This document shows positions 51,101 through 63,330 of a stretch of 64,000 nucleotides of DNA, piece by piece. Below the pieces are notes generated by a model. The model was not told where the DNA came from and searched no databases. It saw only the letters and a program-made list of their open reading frames with translations. Origin of the DNA: Isurus oxyrinchus. Its lineage: Eukaryota. Where the stretch lies: assembly GCA_026770705.1 (NCBI GenBank), contig JANJGN010000146.1, positions 992,001 through 1,056,000 on the forward strand. Reading direction: 5' to 3'. The position numbers were made by a program, and so were the translations under genes. Each line of letters begins with the position of its first letter. The first letter of the stretch is position 1.

Positions 51101-53234
51101 CTAGTTTGCAAAGGAGAACATGAAAAAAATAATGACTGATCTTATTGGGAATTACAATGGATTAATTAATGCAACAGAAATAACGAGACAACCCGACTAA
51201 TAAATTCGTCAAATTCTTTCTATACCTGCCTTTCGAAAGACGAATGTGCTCTTGAGCAGTGTCAGTGTCATCCAGCATCCGCCCAAAATGAAAACGAATG
51301 GAACGTCTCGCCAATCAGCCCAAATTGCCGAGTTGTAGGCCTCTGCTGCATTACAAAGCAACACTGCAGCACTAACATCTTGTTATTCTCTGGAATCCAT
51401 TAAATGTCAAGTAAACTCGCTTGCATTTCACGCTATGCATACCCCAAAATCCTGCTCACCAGAGCATTGATAAATGGATCTATTGAGTATTTTCAGAAGA
51501 TAGAGTGAGATTGTTAATATTGGTTCATACAATGCATTGGCAACTCCTGCCGCTGTCAAGGAGCATTAAAGAGTGTGGCTCCAATTCCACAGATTGCATT
51601 TGACAGAGCTTCGCCTCTTCAAAGCCGACACTGCATTTCAGCTGTAACGTTGCTGGTCCAGAGGCATCGCAACCACTAGCCCCGCTACAGCCTTTCCGTG
51701 GAAACATCATCAGATCTGCTGCCTCTGCTTACAGGATGCAGAACAGTCATCTGGGAAATCCAGAAACCAGCCACACGGCCTCCAGAAACAAGCCTTAATA
51801 ACACCATATAGTTGGTGACAGGGAACTCCTCCAAATTAAATTCCATGATATTAAGGTGCCAAGCCCATCGTGAAATGCTGGTGGAGTGCCAATTTTGCAG
51901 AACTGGGGCTTCTGTTTGCCGAATGATGTATTAATGCGTTGTCTAGTCCACATTCGGTATACTACCATCACTTCAGTCGTCGGGATGTGTGAATCGGTGT
52001 AAAAACGATTCCCCTCCTCCAGGCAAATACGGGGGATACTCCCACAGGCCAACTTTCACAAATGGAATTCTGGGTCATGGTAGAGGGTGCCTCAGCAAAC
52101 CACAGCTAAACCTCGGTACCACTGCTGCAAGTAAGTTCGCTCCATGAATATTAAAGCTTTCCACTGATATTTTAGTTGCTTCACGTCTGGGCCTGTTGTC
52201 GAATAACTTTTAAAGGTAAATTGGAAGTACCAGCTAACTGTTGAGGTGGAGGTGGCGGCGTACCGATATTGTTACCAGGTTAACATTGCATAAGGCCCAA
52301 CCTAATTCTCTGGGGATTTAAGTTCGCATCCCACTGTGAAAGGTGGGGAAATTTGAATTCAATAAAAATCTGTAATTAAATGCCTGATGATTATGAAACC
52401 ATTGCTAATTGCTGCAAAACCCCATTTGGTTTAATTATTTCCTTCAGCAAAGAGCATCTGCTGTCTGTCCTCTACATGACTCTCAAATGCTCTCTAAACA
52501 AGAGCATTTAGCGATTGAACGAATAAAAAAATCTTTTCTACCTTTATCATCGTGGCTAACAGGACAGCAAGAAACGAAATCGGCTGAAGATTTATAAATG
52601 ATAAATGAAGATAATGTTTTCATGCAGTTTTATAACTTTTTCAAAAATGATTTTGTTGGTCATTTTTTGGGGCCCCTTTAGAGATGGGACTCTTCCCAAT
52701 TGGACAACGGAAAGCACAGAAGGTGAATTGATGGTGTTTTGCCATCACAATCCCCCAGTCCGCTGTTTGTATATTTAGGGACTCAGGTGTTTGCTGTAAA
52801 GCGGTGCTTGGTCAGTGGAGAACAATTCCTGAGGATAGTAAGTGCGTCCATTTTGAAGCATATCCAACCATCAAGATCAGAATCATTACTGGAGTGGGAC
52901 GCGGGGTGATTGTAGTTGCTTTATCCACAGTTCATCTTGGAATGTGGTAACAAATCAGAGATACCAGACTTTGCCGTCCCCATGAACGTAGAGACACTAA
53001 GAGGACTACAAGGACCCTGGATTCTGATGTGAATAAGACAGACCACAGAAAATATGAGGAAGAGAACGTTTAACTATCAGAGAACAGATACCGACACTTA
53101 ATTATGCTCGGATTTATTGCGCCTTAAACAGTCTTATTTTCAATTTGAGTGACTGTTAACTAGAAATGAAAACCATCGACAAGAAGGGGCAAGGATGGAA
53201 TCTTGTGTACAGTTGAAGTTGGATTCTGCTGTCC

Positions 53235-54145
53235 TTATCGTCCAAATAATTTAACAATTTCAAGTAGTGGATATTTCACCCCATTCTTTAACTCTTCTCT
53301 GAATTTACTCTGGGTCCCTGCATAAATAAACGGGTTGATGCAGGAACTCAAAAACTGAAGCATATATGCATTTTCCTCAAGAATGAATGTTGGTAGATTG
53401 ATTTCAGAGCTTGAAAAGTATTTAACATTTCCAATTTGCACACAGAGGAAAGTTATAAAAAGTAACAAGTATAACAGGATGAAACTTCCCGATACACAGA
53501 AGAGTAAAATCATGGACTTTTTCCGCTTCTCCATCTCAGGGTCACGCTGATTGTCTCCATTTCTCCGGGTCTGGAGTCTCCTGCGAGCTCTACTGGCTGC
53601 GAGAATGTGTCTGACTGTCAGGACATTGAGCAGTAAAATCAGAATGAATGGGAGACAAGGGGTTAAAATGTGATGAATGCAGTCATAGGTGATCCATGCA
53701 AGTGAGGTATAAAATATCACTTTTACATCGCAGAACCAGGGTACATTGTCCATTATGTACAAAGATTCGTATATAAAATACTGGAAGGTGTTTTTGACAC
53801 AGCTGATTGCGCAGATTGTCCCTATAACCCATGCCGCCGTTCTTTTGGAACAACATTTTACTTTCAGCTTCTGGCAACAAATGGCCACAAATCGATCAAA
53901 GGTGAAAGCTGTAGTTAACCAGGCAGAGTTGTCTATGGCTGAATATATTAGAGCTTCACGGAGACTGCATACTGGTGTGATTGACAGGAAACTGAATGGG
54001 AAATAAATACCAGTAATCCGGTTCAATATCACAGCGGTTATAATGAGCAGGAGATCTGTCACCGCCAGGGATTGTAAATAATAGGTTATACAGGTGGAGA
54101 TACCGCATTTCACTCGAGAAAGGATCACAATCACCGCCAAGTTAG
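53235..54145 (-). CDS. GPR139-like GPCR (paralog D), coding exon 2
   Basis: (CT)n tract plus ttgcAG|CTAACTTGGCG acceptor; open 7TM frame with TPVC (C3.25), FTFDRF, PWFC and NPFIY; 326 aa when spliced. Confidence 0.93.
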
Positions 54146-55330
54146 CTGCAATAAAGAGAGAGAGAGAGAAAGAAAGAAGGTGGAAAGAGAGCGAGTTTGT
54201 GTGTGTGAGTTTGGGAGAGAACGAACACAGGAAGGTTACTGCTCAAACTATAAACAAATCAACAATTTTACAGGCTTCTGCATGAATTTGTACATTTCAG
54301 ACATGGACCCCAGTTGCGCAATTGCAATGGGCAAATGATTCAGCTTTGAAAATTGAAATCTTAGTTCAATATAGGGCAGGTCAAACTTATACGAATGTCA
54401 AATAGTTTAATAAAAACTAATGGAGAACAAAAGGCATCGTTAGCACAGAGAAACCAACATAGAATTTTTGCATAAGAAGAAATTGTACGCATCTGCAAGG
54501 CATTGCAGGAAATAATGACGAAGGTAAATAACAAAACAAGCAACAAGATGTGTGGAAACGAATAAGGGCGCAGATTATATCTCACTGAAGATCAATACAG
54601 TTCCTTTCCTATATAATAATTGGCAATAATTATTGTAAATTTTTCGTTGTTGGGAACTTTGGGAATTAAACCTGCTCAAAAATATCCACATACAGCGAGG
54701 AGTAAAGGGGCAATGAATGATTTCTTATCTTCCAGACAGGTCGTTTGCCTGCATGTGAAGATACATCCTAGCTCCTCACTTATAGTCAACTGGAAGATCA
54801 GTGTCGATCTGAACCTTTGGAAATGGCAGAAGCCGAAGTCTCCTTCCGAGTGAGGTCCCTCTTGCAATGCAGCACTGACTCCGGATCAACTATCAACGTT
54901 GTCCTGTAGTGGATATTTGAAATCAAAGTATTGCGCCTCAGATGCGAAGGACGCAACCAAGTAGGCAGCCTCACTCCATAGGAACAAACAGCCGAGACAG
55001 GAAAATGTGGGACATTGCCCGGTGATATCAGCCGAAGGAAATTCTGGCGTCAACAGTGGTCAAGTCGAAGCGTCAGCAGCAGCTCATGAACCAATTAGTG
55101 TTGGAGACTGAGAGCAGAAACACACCTCTGTGATTGTGGTGCTAATATAGAATATTCATCAAAAGTCTATTATTACACTGTTTATACATCTGTCAAAAAC
55201 TGGGTGCTCATGATGTCCTTCCATCAAATTCATTGGGGGAATATTGAATGTTACATTGCTCTCTATCAATGAAACATTTGTGGGAATTGTTCGATCATTG
55301 TCATTGTGAACAACACAACAGATTTACTTT

Positions 55331-55745
55331 TGCACCGTGAAAACAGTGTGATAGCTCATCCACAGTTAGACTGTCAGTAACAGAAGATGATCCCATTCAC
55401 AGTGTGTTTAAAGTGTGATAACATAACCACAGTTTGACTGTCAGTAACAGAACACGAACACATTCATACTGTGATTAAAGTGTGATCACTCAACCACAGT
55501 TAGACTGTCAGTAACAGAAGGTGATCACATTCACACCATGATTACAATGTGATAATTCACCTTCAGTAACGATACTGGAAACACAATGGAAAGACATTTA
55601 GACTGTAATGTCACTGTTAAAATACAACTGCAGTAACAGAAGATGATCACACTTGCACTGTGATTACAATGTGATAATTCTCCTTCACCAACGGTGCCAG
55701 TAACAGAATGGAACGGCAATTGCACTGTGATAACAGTGTGAAAAT
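55331..55745. repeat. ~67-bp minisatellite in the intron of paralog D
   Basis: cacagtt[a/t]gactgtcagtaacagaa occurs at 55361, 55428 and 55495, followed by diverged units. Confidence 0.85.
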
Positions 55746-55779
55746 ACACCAGTACTAAATGGTGCAAAACACCGTTGAA

Positions 55780-56160
55780 GACGGTAATATAATACCACTT
55801 ACAATGAAAATTTACACCCTTATAAGGGGGATATTATACCGCTAACAGCAAGAAATTTCACCCTGAACAGGGTAATATTTTACGATTAAAAGTGAGAAAT
55901 TGCACACTTAGCAGGGTAATATGATAGCACTTAAATTGTGAAATTTTGTTTTTAACAAGGTAATATTATGCCACTAACAGCGAAGAATTGCACCTTTAAC
56001 AGCATATTATTAAGCGATTAGCAACGAGAATTTTAGGCAAAGGGAACAAATTATATTGTCAAAATTGAGACATTATACCTATAAAGTGGGGAAAATGTGC
56101 TTTTAGAGGGGTAAAATATACTTGTTAAAAGAGGGAAATTGCTCCATTAATAGGAAGAAT
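55780..56160. repeat. Degenerate ~39-bp tandem repeat
   Basis: Recurrent ggtaatat...gaaatt.cacc.tta units. Confidence 0.65.
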
Positions 56161-56282
56161 TGTACAGATAAAGGGCGAACTGGGAGCATGAGTATAACAC
56201 TATGGATATACAATGCTTTTAAAAGGTAGAATTCCTGCAGATAACCGATTTCCGTATCAAAATACTAATTACAATACTTTAC

Positions 56283-56352
56283 CTGGAACCCCGAGAGCTG
56301 CAAGGACTGGATAATAAATGGCAGACAGAAGGTCTTTTGGTGATCCGATCAT
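56283..56352 (-). CDS. GPR139-like GPCR (paralog D), coding exon 1 (MIGSPKDLLSAIYYPVLAALGVP)
   Basis: 70-nt exon with phase-1 donor CCAG|GTAAAG; intron 2137 nt. Confidence 0.92.
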
Positions 56353-56403
56353 TTTCAATAAATGTTCTGAACGCCTTCTGCACATCACTGAAAGATTGTC
56401 ACA

Positions 56404-56475
56404 TTTATAACTGATGTGAAGCTCCAGGGAGTTAATTATGTGGTTTGATATCTTGCATTAAATACATTAATTTTA
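56404..56475 (-). promoter_or_regulatory. Proximal promoter of paralog D: TATAAA (56404-56409), homeodomain/Ebf composite TAATTAACTCCCTGGAG (56422-56438), further TAAT sites
   Basis: Motifs read directly from the sequence; positions conserved with B and C. Confidence 0.72.
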
Positions 56476-57224
56476 AATAATAACAGTTCAGCCCAGCTGC
56501 TTCAGGACTGACGTTTATGTTTTGGGAGAATAAAAAGTTTTTTTTTCAATGGAGTTGACACCCAGAGATTGCAGCATGATCACAATGTATTTTCTCATAA
56601 AAAGATACCGACCTGGATTTTGTGGTCAGGGGTGAATGAGAGGCCTTTGGCCCTGTTTGCTCTGGAGAATCACAATTTGACTGGTTCACTGGCTGCCGCC
56701 AGAATTTAAGCCTTTGGCTGATGCATGGCCCATGGACAAAATGATCTGTGAAATGTAGCATCGGGGTGACTTCTGACGACGGCCGCCCCTCCTGACGTCA
56801 CGAGCCTGATACAAGTTCCCTGCGGTCCCTTTTCAGGCCAAAGGCAGATGGGTGTTTTGTTATGATTTAAAACACTTCTACGGACTGGGAAACTTTTCAA
56901 ATTTTTCTAACACTTTCATATACTTGAAAAGCCCTTTAAACACTAATGAGTGCTGCACAAGTGAATGTACGCTGTGGTAGAAAACGCCCCGATGCAAGAA
57001 TTTTCAAACAGGACAGGAAATGTGACACAGGCTGCAGGATTGTCATGTGATATTCGATGTTCACATGCTTGTCTAATGTTATAAGTTACAACGCGAGTTT
57101 TTAAAGCAGCCTCAAGATAATTGTACACTTACTGCTTTGGAAATTATGCACTGCATCACCTTACTGCAATTCTCTCATAAATTCGGCCACGCTGCCTCTG
57201 GCTTTTCGTTTCATAGACTTCCGT

Positions 57225-57890
57225 TTTCAACAGGATCAAGGAAGTGCAGGACTGGATGCTAAATATTTCTCTGTAAAAGGTATGCAGTAAAGATTGTGCA
57301 GGAAGAAAAAGACGGGAGTGACGGTATTGGTTAAAGAGAGCATTGCAGTGCTGCAGAAAGAGGGTGTCCCAGAATGTTGAAGGACAGAATCAATTTGGCG
57401 AGAGCTAAGGGGGAAAAATGTGCCATTAAGTGCGAGGTGTTGTCTACCGTCCACCTGCCAGTAGGAAGGATGTAATGGAACAATTCTGCAGGGTAATTAC
57501 AGAGGTGCGAACATGAAAGAATAGTAATAATGAGGGACTTTAAATACCCGAATATAGACTGGGAAACTCGCAGTGTAAAGGGCAGAGAAGAGCAAGAGCT
57601 CCTCGACTGTGTTCAGGAGAATGTTCTACAGCAGTATGTGTCCGGTACAACAAGAAAGGAGGCACTGCTAGACCTGGCTCTTGCAAATGAGGTTAGACAG
57701 GTAGATCAAGTGTCAGTGCGAAGCATCAAGGAGACAGCGATCATTGTCCCATAAGGTTTGGGGTGACGGTCGAAAAGGATATTGGAAAATCCAGAGTAGG
57801 AATAATGAACTGGTGCACAGCCGATTTAATGGAACAAGAACTAATCACGGTGCAGTAACGTGGTCGAAAAATTGTGATATCATTCGCTGC
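57225..57890 (+). mobile_element. CR1 LINE APE-endonuclease fragment
   Basis: MRDFKYPNIDW (GDFN motif) and TRKEALLDLAL. Confidence 0.85.
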
Positions 57891-58308
57891 AGGACCAATC
57901 GACGAAGGCCATGTTATTGTGAAGTCATACACTGCTCGTGCCTGTTGTTTATTAAAAAGAGCGTTTCGACTGAATGAAAAGATGACTTCCGTCCTCATTA
58001 AAATAGCCACTCAATTTCTACACTCATTGAACCATAACATATATCGACCGTAATTGGCAATTTCCTGCACTGATTCAGCAGCGAGTGATCACAGGCCGTC
58101 CACAGCCCCCGCTCAGCGGGGAAGTCTGTTCCGCCTGTGACCCCTGACTGAGGACAGTGAGCCTGTGGGAGTGAGTTCTTGGCATCTTATTGGGGCCGTG
58201 CGTCCATTGAGTGTTTCTGAGACTGGGAAAGGACAGAGAAACACAGGAGCACAACGGTGCTGGCTAAAGATAAATGCAGTTAACAGTGGAGGGATATCCT
58301 GAACGGTA

Positions 58309-58553
58309 AAAGCAAAATACTGCGGATGCTGGAAATCTGGAACATAGACAGAAAATGCTGGAAAAACTCAGCAGGTCTAACAGCATCTGTGGACAGAAAG
58401 GCAGAATTAACGTTTCAAATCCGTATGACTTTTCTTCAGAGAAGAAGACTCTGAAGAAGAGTCATACAGACTCGAAACATTAACTCTGTCTTTTCCTTCG
58501 CAGATGCTGTCAGACCTGCTGAGCTTTTATAGCATTTTCTGTTGTTTCAAATG
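58309..58553. mobile_element. Hairpin Penelope-terminus-derived element flanked by 12-bp direct repeat TCCTGAACGGTA
   Basis: Near-perfect inverted arms centred on tcttcagagaagaagactctgaaga, with direct repeats at 58297-58308 and 58554-58565. Confidence 0.82.
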
Positions 58554-58857
58554 TCCTGAACGGTAGTGTGGAAGAGGATGGGAGTCAGATTGGGAGAGAT
58601 AAAGGGTTTAAACATTAACTTCACCGATTAACAAACAGCATTCCCAGTCTCTAAGATGCGTCGGTAATTTTTCCCTGCCTCACACTTCCTACATTCAACA
58701 ACAAGGAACCTCGCCCGTGAACTCTGGGATTTTAGAGAAAATGTTGGAAGATATTAGGTCGTGGAGAGAACTTCTCCTGATATTCCCATGATTGGGAGGC
58801 GCTGAAGGAACCACTGAAAAAACAATGAAGCAGTTGGAACAAAATCCCGAGGGTGAT

Positions 58858-59042
58858 AAAAGAATAAAACTGCAGATGCTGGAAATCTGAAAGAAACACA
58901 GAAAACTCTGCAGGTCTGACAGCATCTGTGGAGACAGAAACAAAGCTATTACGTTTCATCAGACGGACTCGAAACGTCAACTCTATTCCTTCTTCCACAG
59001 GTGCTGTCCGCCTGCTGAGGTTTTGCAGCATTTTCTGTGTTT
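58858..59042. mobile_element. Hairpin Penelope-terminus-derived element (orthologous to 5789-5995)
   Basis: Inverted arms; same insertion site within the duplicon. Confidence 0.72.
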
Positions 59043-60501
59043 ACGAAACCGTGGGGTGATGTTCATTTAGTTCCGGGAGATTGTATCAGAAGGAATGGAG
59101 CAGGCAGAGAGGATCCCTGCGGTTATGCTCAGTGAGAACAGGGAGATGGTATCAGTAGGAATGAGCTGATCAGGAAACTGTTGACAATCGAAGGAAAAGG
59201 GAGAATGACAGGGCTAATGGATTTAAAAGAAAAGTTGGAAGTGGACAGTCAGTGTGTATTTAGCGGAATGTGGACCATATATATTCTTAACAGAAAGGCA
59301 TTGGTTTGGGTGGGGTGCGAGTAATGCCTGTTTGTGTATTTAAGAAATACTTCGAAGCCAGTGTCTCAGTATTCGATAGGCCCCTGGATCAAGGAACAAG
59401 CCCCATGTTTATGTTTACTTGCTGCATCACGTGGAACCCCATCTTTGGGCATTTTCGCGGTTTTGTCCCCCTGGTATGTGCAATAGACCTAAAGCTCTGT
59501 AATAATTTACAGGATTTTCACTCGATCATATATCAGTGCCAGACATGTTCGAGTCTCTGGAATCGCCCCTTGGTTAATGCTCCCAATTATGCCTGTGTTG
59601 TATATCTAGCCAGCGGCACGCCTGCCTTCAAAGTGTTTAATTGGACAATGCAGAGGGATCTTAACCCTGTTATGACCCTGGCTGTACCAACCGTGGGAGT
59701 GTTGGCTAGGGCAGTGTAAAGGATGTTTTCTGATCCAGCATCCTGTTATGCGTCAGCCTCTGATGAAGCCGAACGCTACTATATAAAATTACCTGACATG
59801 TGACTGTGACCGCCCAGAGTATGAGTCAAATCACCGAGGTGGCCCTCCCTGTTCAATCGTTCTGCCTCAGGCAATTGCCAGAAACAGGCAGAGGTAAAGG
59901 TCCCTTTGCACGGAAGGGGCGATGGGTGGCCCATTGGGGCCTTCTGGGCAAATAGATCCCAGACAGGACTGGTGAAATAGGGAGAAATGTGTAATAGGGA
60001 AAATGGTGCAGTGTCGATGGACCGCAGAAAAAGGAATTCAGCAAAGCCATAGTTAGTTCACTTTTCATTCCACATTCATTAGCAATTTCAGAGAATATTT
60101 TACATGAAAGTTTATTTTATGGTTAACAGATGTGAATATAATGCCTGAGCGTCACATTGCGAACATGCACTCTGAGTTGTTAAACCGTATGTACCACGGA
60201 AACATAGATCAGAAAGAGAAAACAGCGGCTCAACGGAAAGGGAAGGGAACAATAGTGAAAATGGAACGAGAAAAGGTAATTAAAGACAAATGGAATTCTA
60301 AGTCCATGGAAATTAGATGCTCCAATTTCATTACGACCATTAACACCTCGCACATTTCAAACAGAAAAACGGAAATTCTGTGGCAGGTTCGGTTACAGAT
60401 TGGGAATTACAAAGTGAGAACATTTCACTTTTACAGTGACCAAGAGAACATATTTTAAATTGGAATTAAAGGAAAAGCTACGGGGTCCGAAATTCAACCG
60501 A

Positions 60502-60779
60502 TCACTTGATCTGTAAAAGAGGGAGAATATAATGAAGCAGATGTTTATGATCTGGTGCATTTATGTTATAGATCTTAATTGTTGAAACATTAAGAAAGTT
60601 TGCAAACCGCTTCTGTCAGATTGTCGTGGTTAGTAAATTCAATTTTCTCACATTGACCAGAGTGACGGCAGTTCTGTAGAAAATGCTCAGGACGAACAGG
60701 GCAATGGAGGTGGAAGCTGTTGTGCAGACGTTCCCGTTATCGTCCTCATTGTCTTCAATCCACATGCGTTCTGTGGAAT
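60502..60779 (-). other. IgH TM1 (60652-60779) + TM2 (60502-60510), copy 3, in frame; may belong to an IgH cluster or pseudocluster continuing beyond the window end
   Basis: 128-nt exon encoding DSTERMWIEDNEDDNGNVCTTASTSIALFVLSIFYRTAVTLVN with GT-AG intact, a 141-nt intron and TM2 IK-stop. The paralogous polyA signal is mutated to AATGAA. Confidence 0.82.
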
Positions 60780-61617
60780 CTACAGGAATATAACCGAGGA
60801 AATTTAATTACATTGTTAGAATCCGAGGGCATCTTACTTTTCAAAATATATATTAAATCTATTGTATTTCCCTCAATCTATTGATTTGTCTTCTCATTAA
60901 ATTTTCAGTGGTAATAAATCTGGTAATAAATTGGCGACTCTCAGCAGTCTCTGCCTGTCACTAACCCCACAGTTGTTCTCACTTTACTTTCCTCATCCTG
61001 CCCGTATTGGAAAAAAGTGTCTTTTCCCCCTTCGGTACTAGTTCATTTTGGATCAATTTCCTGCGGCTTATCATTGGATTATATTATGCAGTAAATTGCA
61101 GGACGTTTAATAATTGATAACAATTATTTTAATGGTAGGTACTGATCGCTATTAATTCTGAGATTCTGAACTCTGTAAATTTTCAACTTGTTTGTTTATT
61201 TGTGGTAGTAATGTTTGGCACATAGTTAACTTAAATCAGTTTATAATTCAGAACATTGCTTCAGTGTGTTTCCTGGGTCTTTATGTGCTCCCAGAATTTT
61301 TTGGAAGATGTGCCCGCTAAAAAAGGACACTTGAAATAGACTTCCGTCTGGCATTTGTTTTTTTTTTAAATATATATTTGCGTATAGCGTGCAGGGGTGT
61401 CTTGTGCTCTGCATTTAACTGTGTTTGTGTGCCATGTTGTATGAATGCTGATGTGTGTGTTGATGTGGACTGAATGTTGATATGCTTATTTATGTGCGGC
61501 GCACCTGTGTATGTTTGTTTGTTCATTTGTAAATGTTTGTGTATCAGTGTGCCTGTTTATGCGTTGATGTTTATGTTCACTTATTAATGCCTGTGTCAAA
61601 GAGTTTGTTTACGTCCA

Positions 61618-62787
61618 TAAAAGCAAAATACTGTGGATGCTGAAATCTGAAACAAAAACAAGAATAGCTGCAAAAACTCAGCAGGTCTGACATCATCTGC
61701 GGAGGGGAATAGAGTTAATGTTACGAGTCCAGATGACTCTTCATCAGAACTGAGGAAAAATAGAAATGAGGTAAAATATAAGCTGGTTGAGGGGGGTGGG
61801 ATAGGTAGAGCTGGATAGAGGGCCCGTGATAGGTGGCGGCAAAGAAGAGATTTCCAATGATGTCAACGAGTAAAGGATAAAGGGGTGTTGATGGTGGAAA
61901 TGTGATGGGGTTGCTGTGGGGGGAAGAGAGCGAAATAGGCTAAAAGGTGAAGAAAAAAATGAATGGAAATAAATTTAAAAATAATTGAAATAGGTGGGAA
62001 AAGGAAAATATATTTAAAAAATCATATTTTAAAAATTATAAATTTTTCGAAATAGGGGATCGGAAAGGGAGTGAGGATGGAGGAGAAAATTGATGATCTG
62101 AAGTGGTTGAAATCAATGTTAAGTCTGGAAGTCGGTAAAGTGCCTAATCAGAAGATGAGGTGCTGTTCCTCCAGTTTGCGTTGACCTTCCCAGAACATTG
62201 CAGCATGCCAAGGACGGATATGTGGGCATGAAAGCAGGGTGGTGTGCTGAAATGGCAAGCGACCAGGAGGTCTGAGTCATGCTTGTGGAGAGATGGGTGT
62301 CTGCATATAGCCCAATATTTGCAATACTTTATAATTTAAAAAAATATTTTTTAATATGTTTTTCTTTTTCCACCTATTTCTAATATTTTTAATTTAATTT
62401 CCACTCATTGTTTTACCTCCACCTTTTAGCCTATTTCGATCCCTTCCCCCCACCACAGTCCCACGGAGGCTATCTGTCACTTGCTCGTCCTGCTTTCTAC
62501 CCTTACTGTCACCATTAGCATGTTCCTTTGCTAACATCACCACCGTTAACATTCATTTGTCCTTTTGCCTATGACATCTTTGGCAATCTCTTCTTTGCCT
62601 CCACCTATCACTGGCCCTCTATCCAGCTCTACCTGTCCCAACCCCTTCAACTAGTTTATATTTCACCTCATTCCTATTTTTCCTTAATTCTGATGAAGAT
62701 TCATGTGGACTCGAAACGTTAACTGTGATCCTCTCCGCAGATGCTGTCAGACCTGTGGAGTTTTCCAGCTATTTTTGCGTTTGTTTC
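61618..62787 (-). mobile_element. Truncated Penelope-like element with ~420-bp inverted terminal arms
   Basis: 61650-62040 is mirrored by 62330-62787. The central antisense PVACHFSTPPCFHAHISVLG-like sequence resembles the GIY-YIG C-terminus. Confidence 0.82.
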
Positions 62788-62789
62788 CG

Positions 62790-63254
62790 TCCTTGCTTGT
62801 TAATGTATCTGATATTTTGACTTTTATGTTCTCTGTTTGCTATGTTAATAATTTTGCCTGCATGAGCTTGTGAATATGTTACGGCGTGCCTTTATGTGTT
62901 GATGGATGTTTATAACTATGTGTTTATGTCTGTTTAGTTGTCCATGTGTACTAAAATGTATGTTTCTATGTGTTTGTGTTATTGTGGGTGTGTGAATATA
63001 TTCATCTTCGTTTCTTGTTCAGTGTTTGTGAAAATGCTATTGCCTGTTCATCTAAGTGCCCGTGTATCAATTTGTTAATGTGTGTGTAGAAATGCCTATG
63101 TATTCGCATTATTGTGCATGATAGTGTGTCTTTAGATCTATATTGTTGTGTTCGTTGAAGCATAGTAATGAACATATTCATGTATATGTTTACATGTCCC
63201 GCATGAGTCTCCTTATGGGGTTGTGTATATCTGCATTTGTATCTGTTGTGTATA

Positions 63255-63285
<31 letters not shown>

Positions 63286-63330
63286 GTGTATGTGTGTGTG
63301 CACACACACGTTTGCATGTGTGTGACTGTG
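62790..63330. repeat. TG-rich low-complexity region with (GT)n microsatellite; continues 61400-61615 across the Penelope insertion
   Basis: Direct reading. Confidence 0.85.

Larger units (their letters stand above)
58270..61300. repeat. Segmental duplicon with IgH TM exons (copy 3)
   Basis: Matches 5170-7715 on the side downstream of TM and 47650-48150 on the upstream (intron) side. Confidence 0.85.

Noticed and set aside
55331-55745. CACAGTG/CACTGTG heptamers as possible V(D)J recombination signals
   Set aside because: They are part of a 67-bp minisatellite, with no ACAAAAACC nonamer at 12/23 spacing and no adjacent V/D/J segment.
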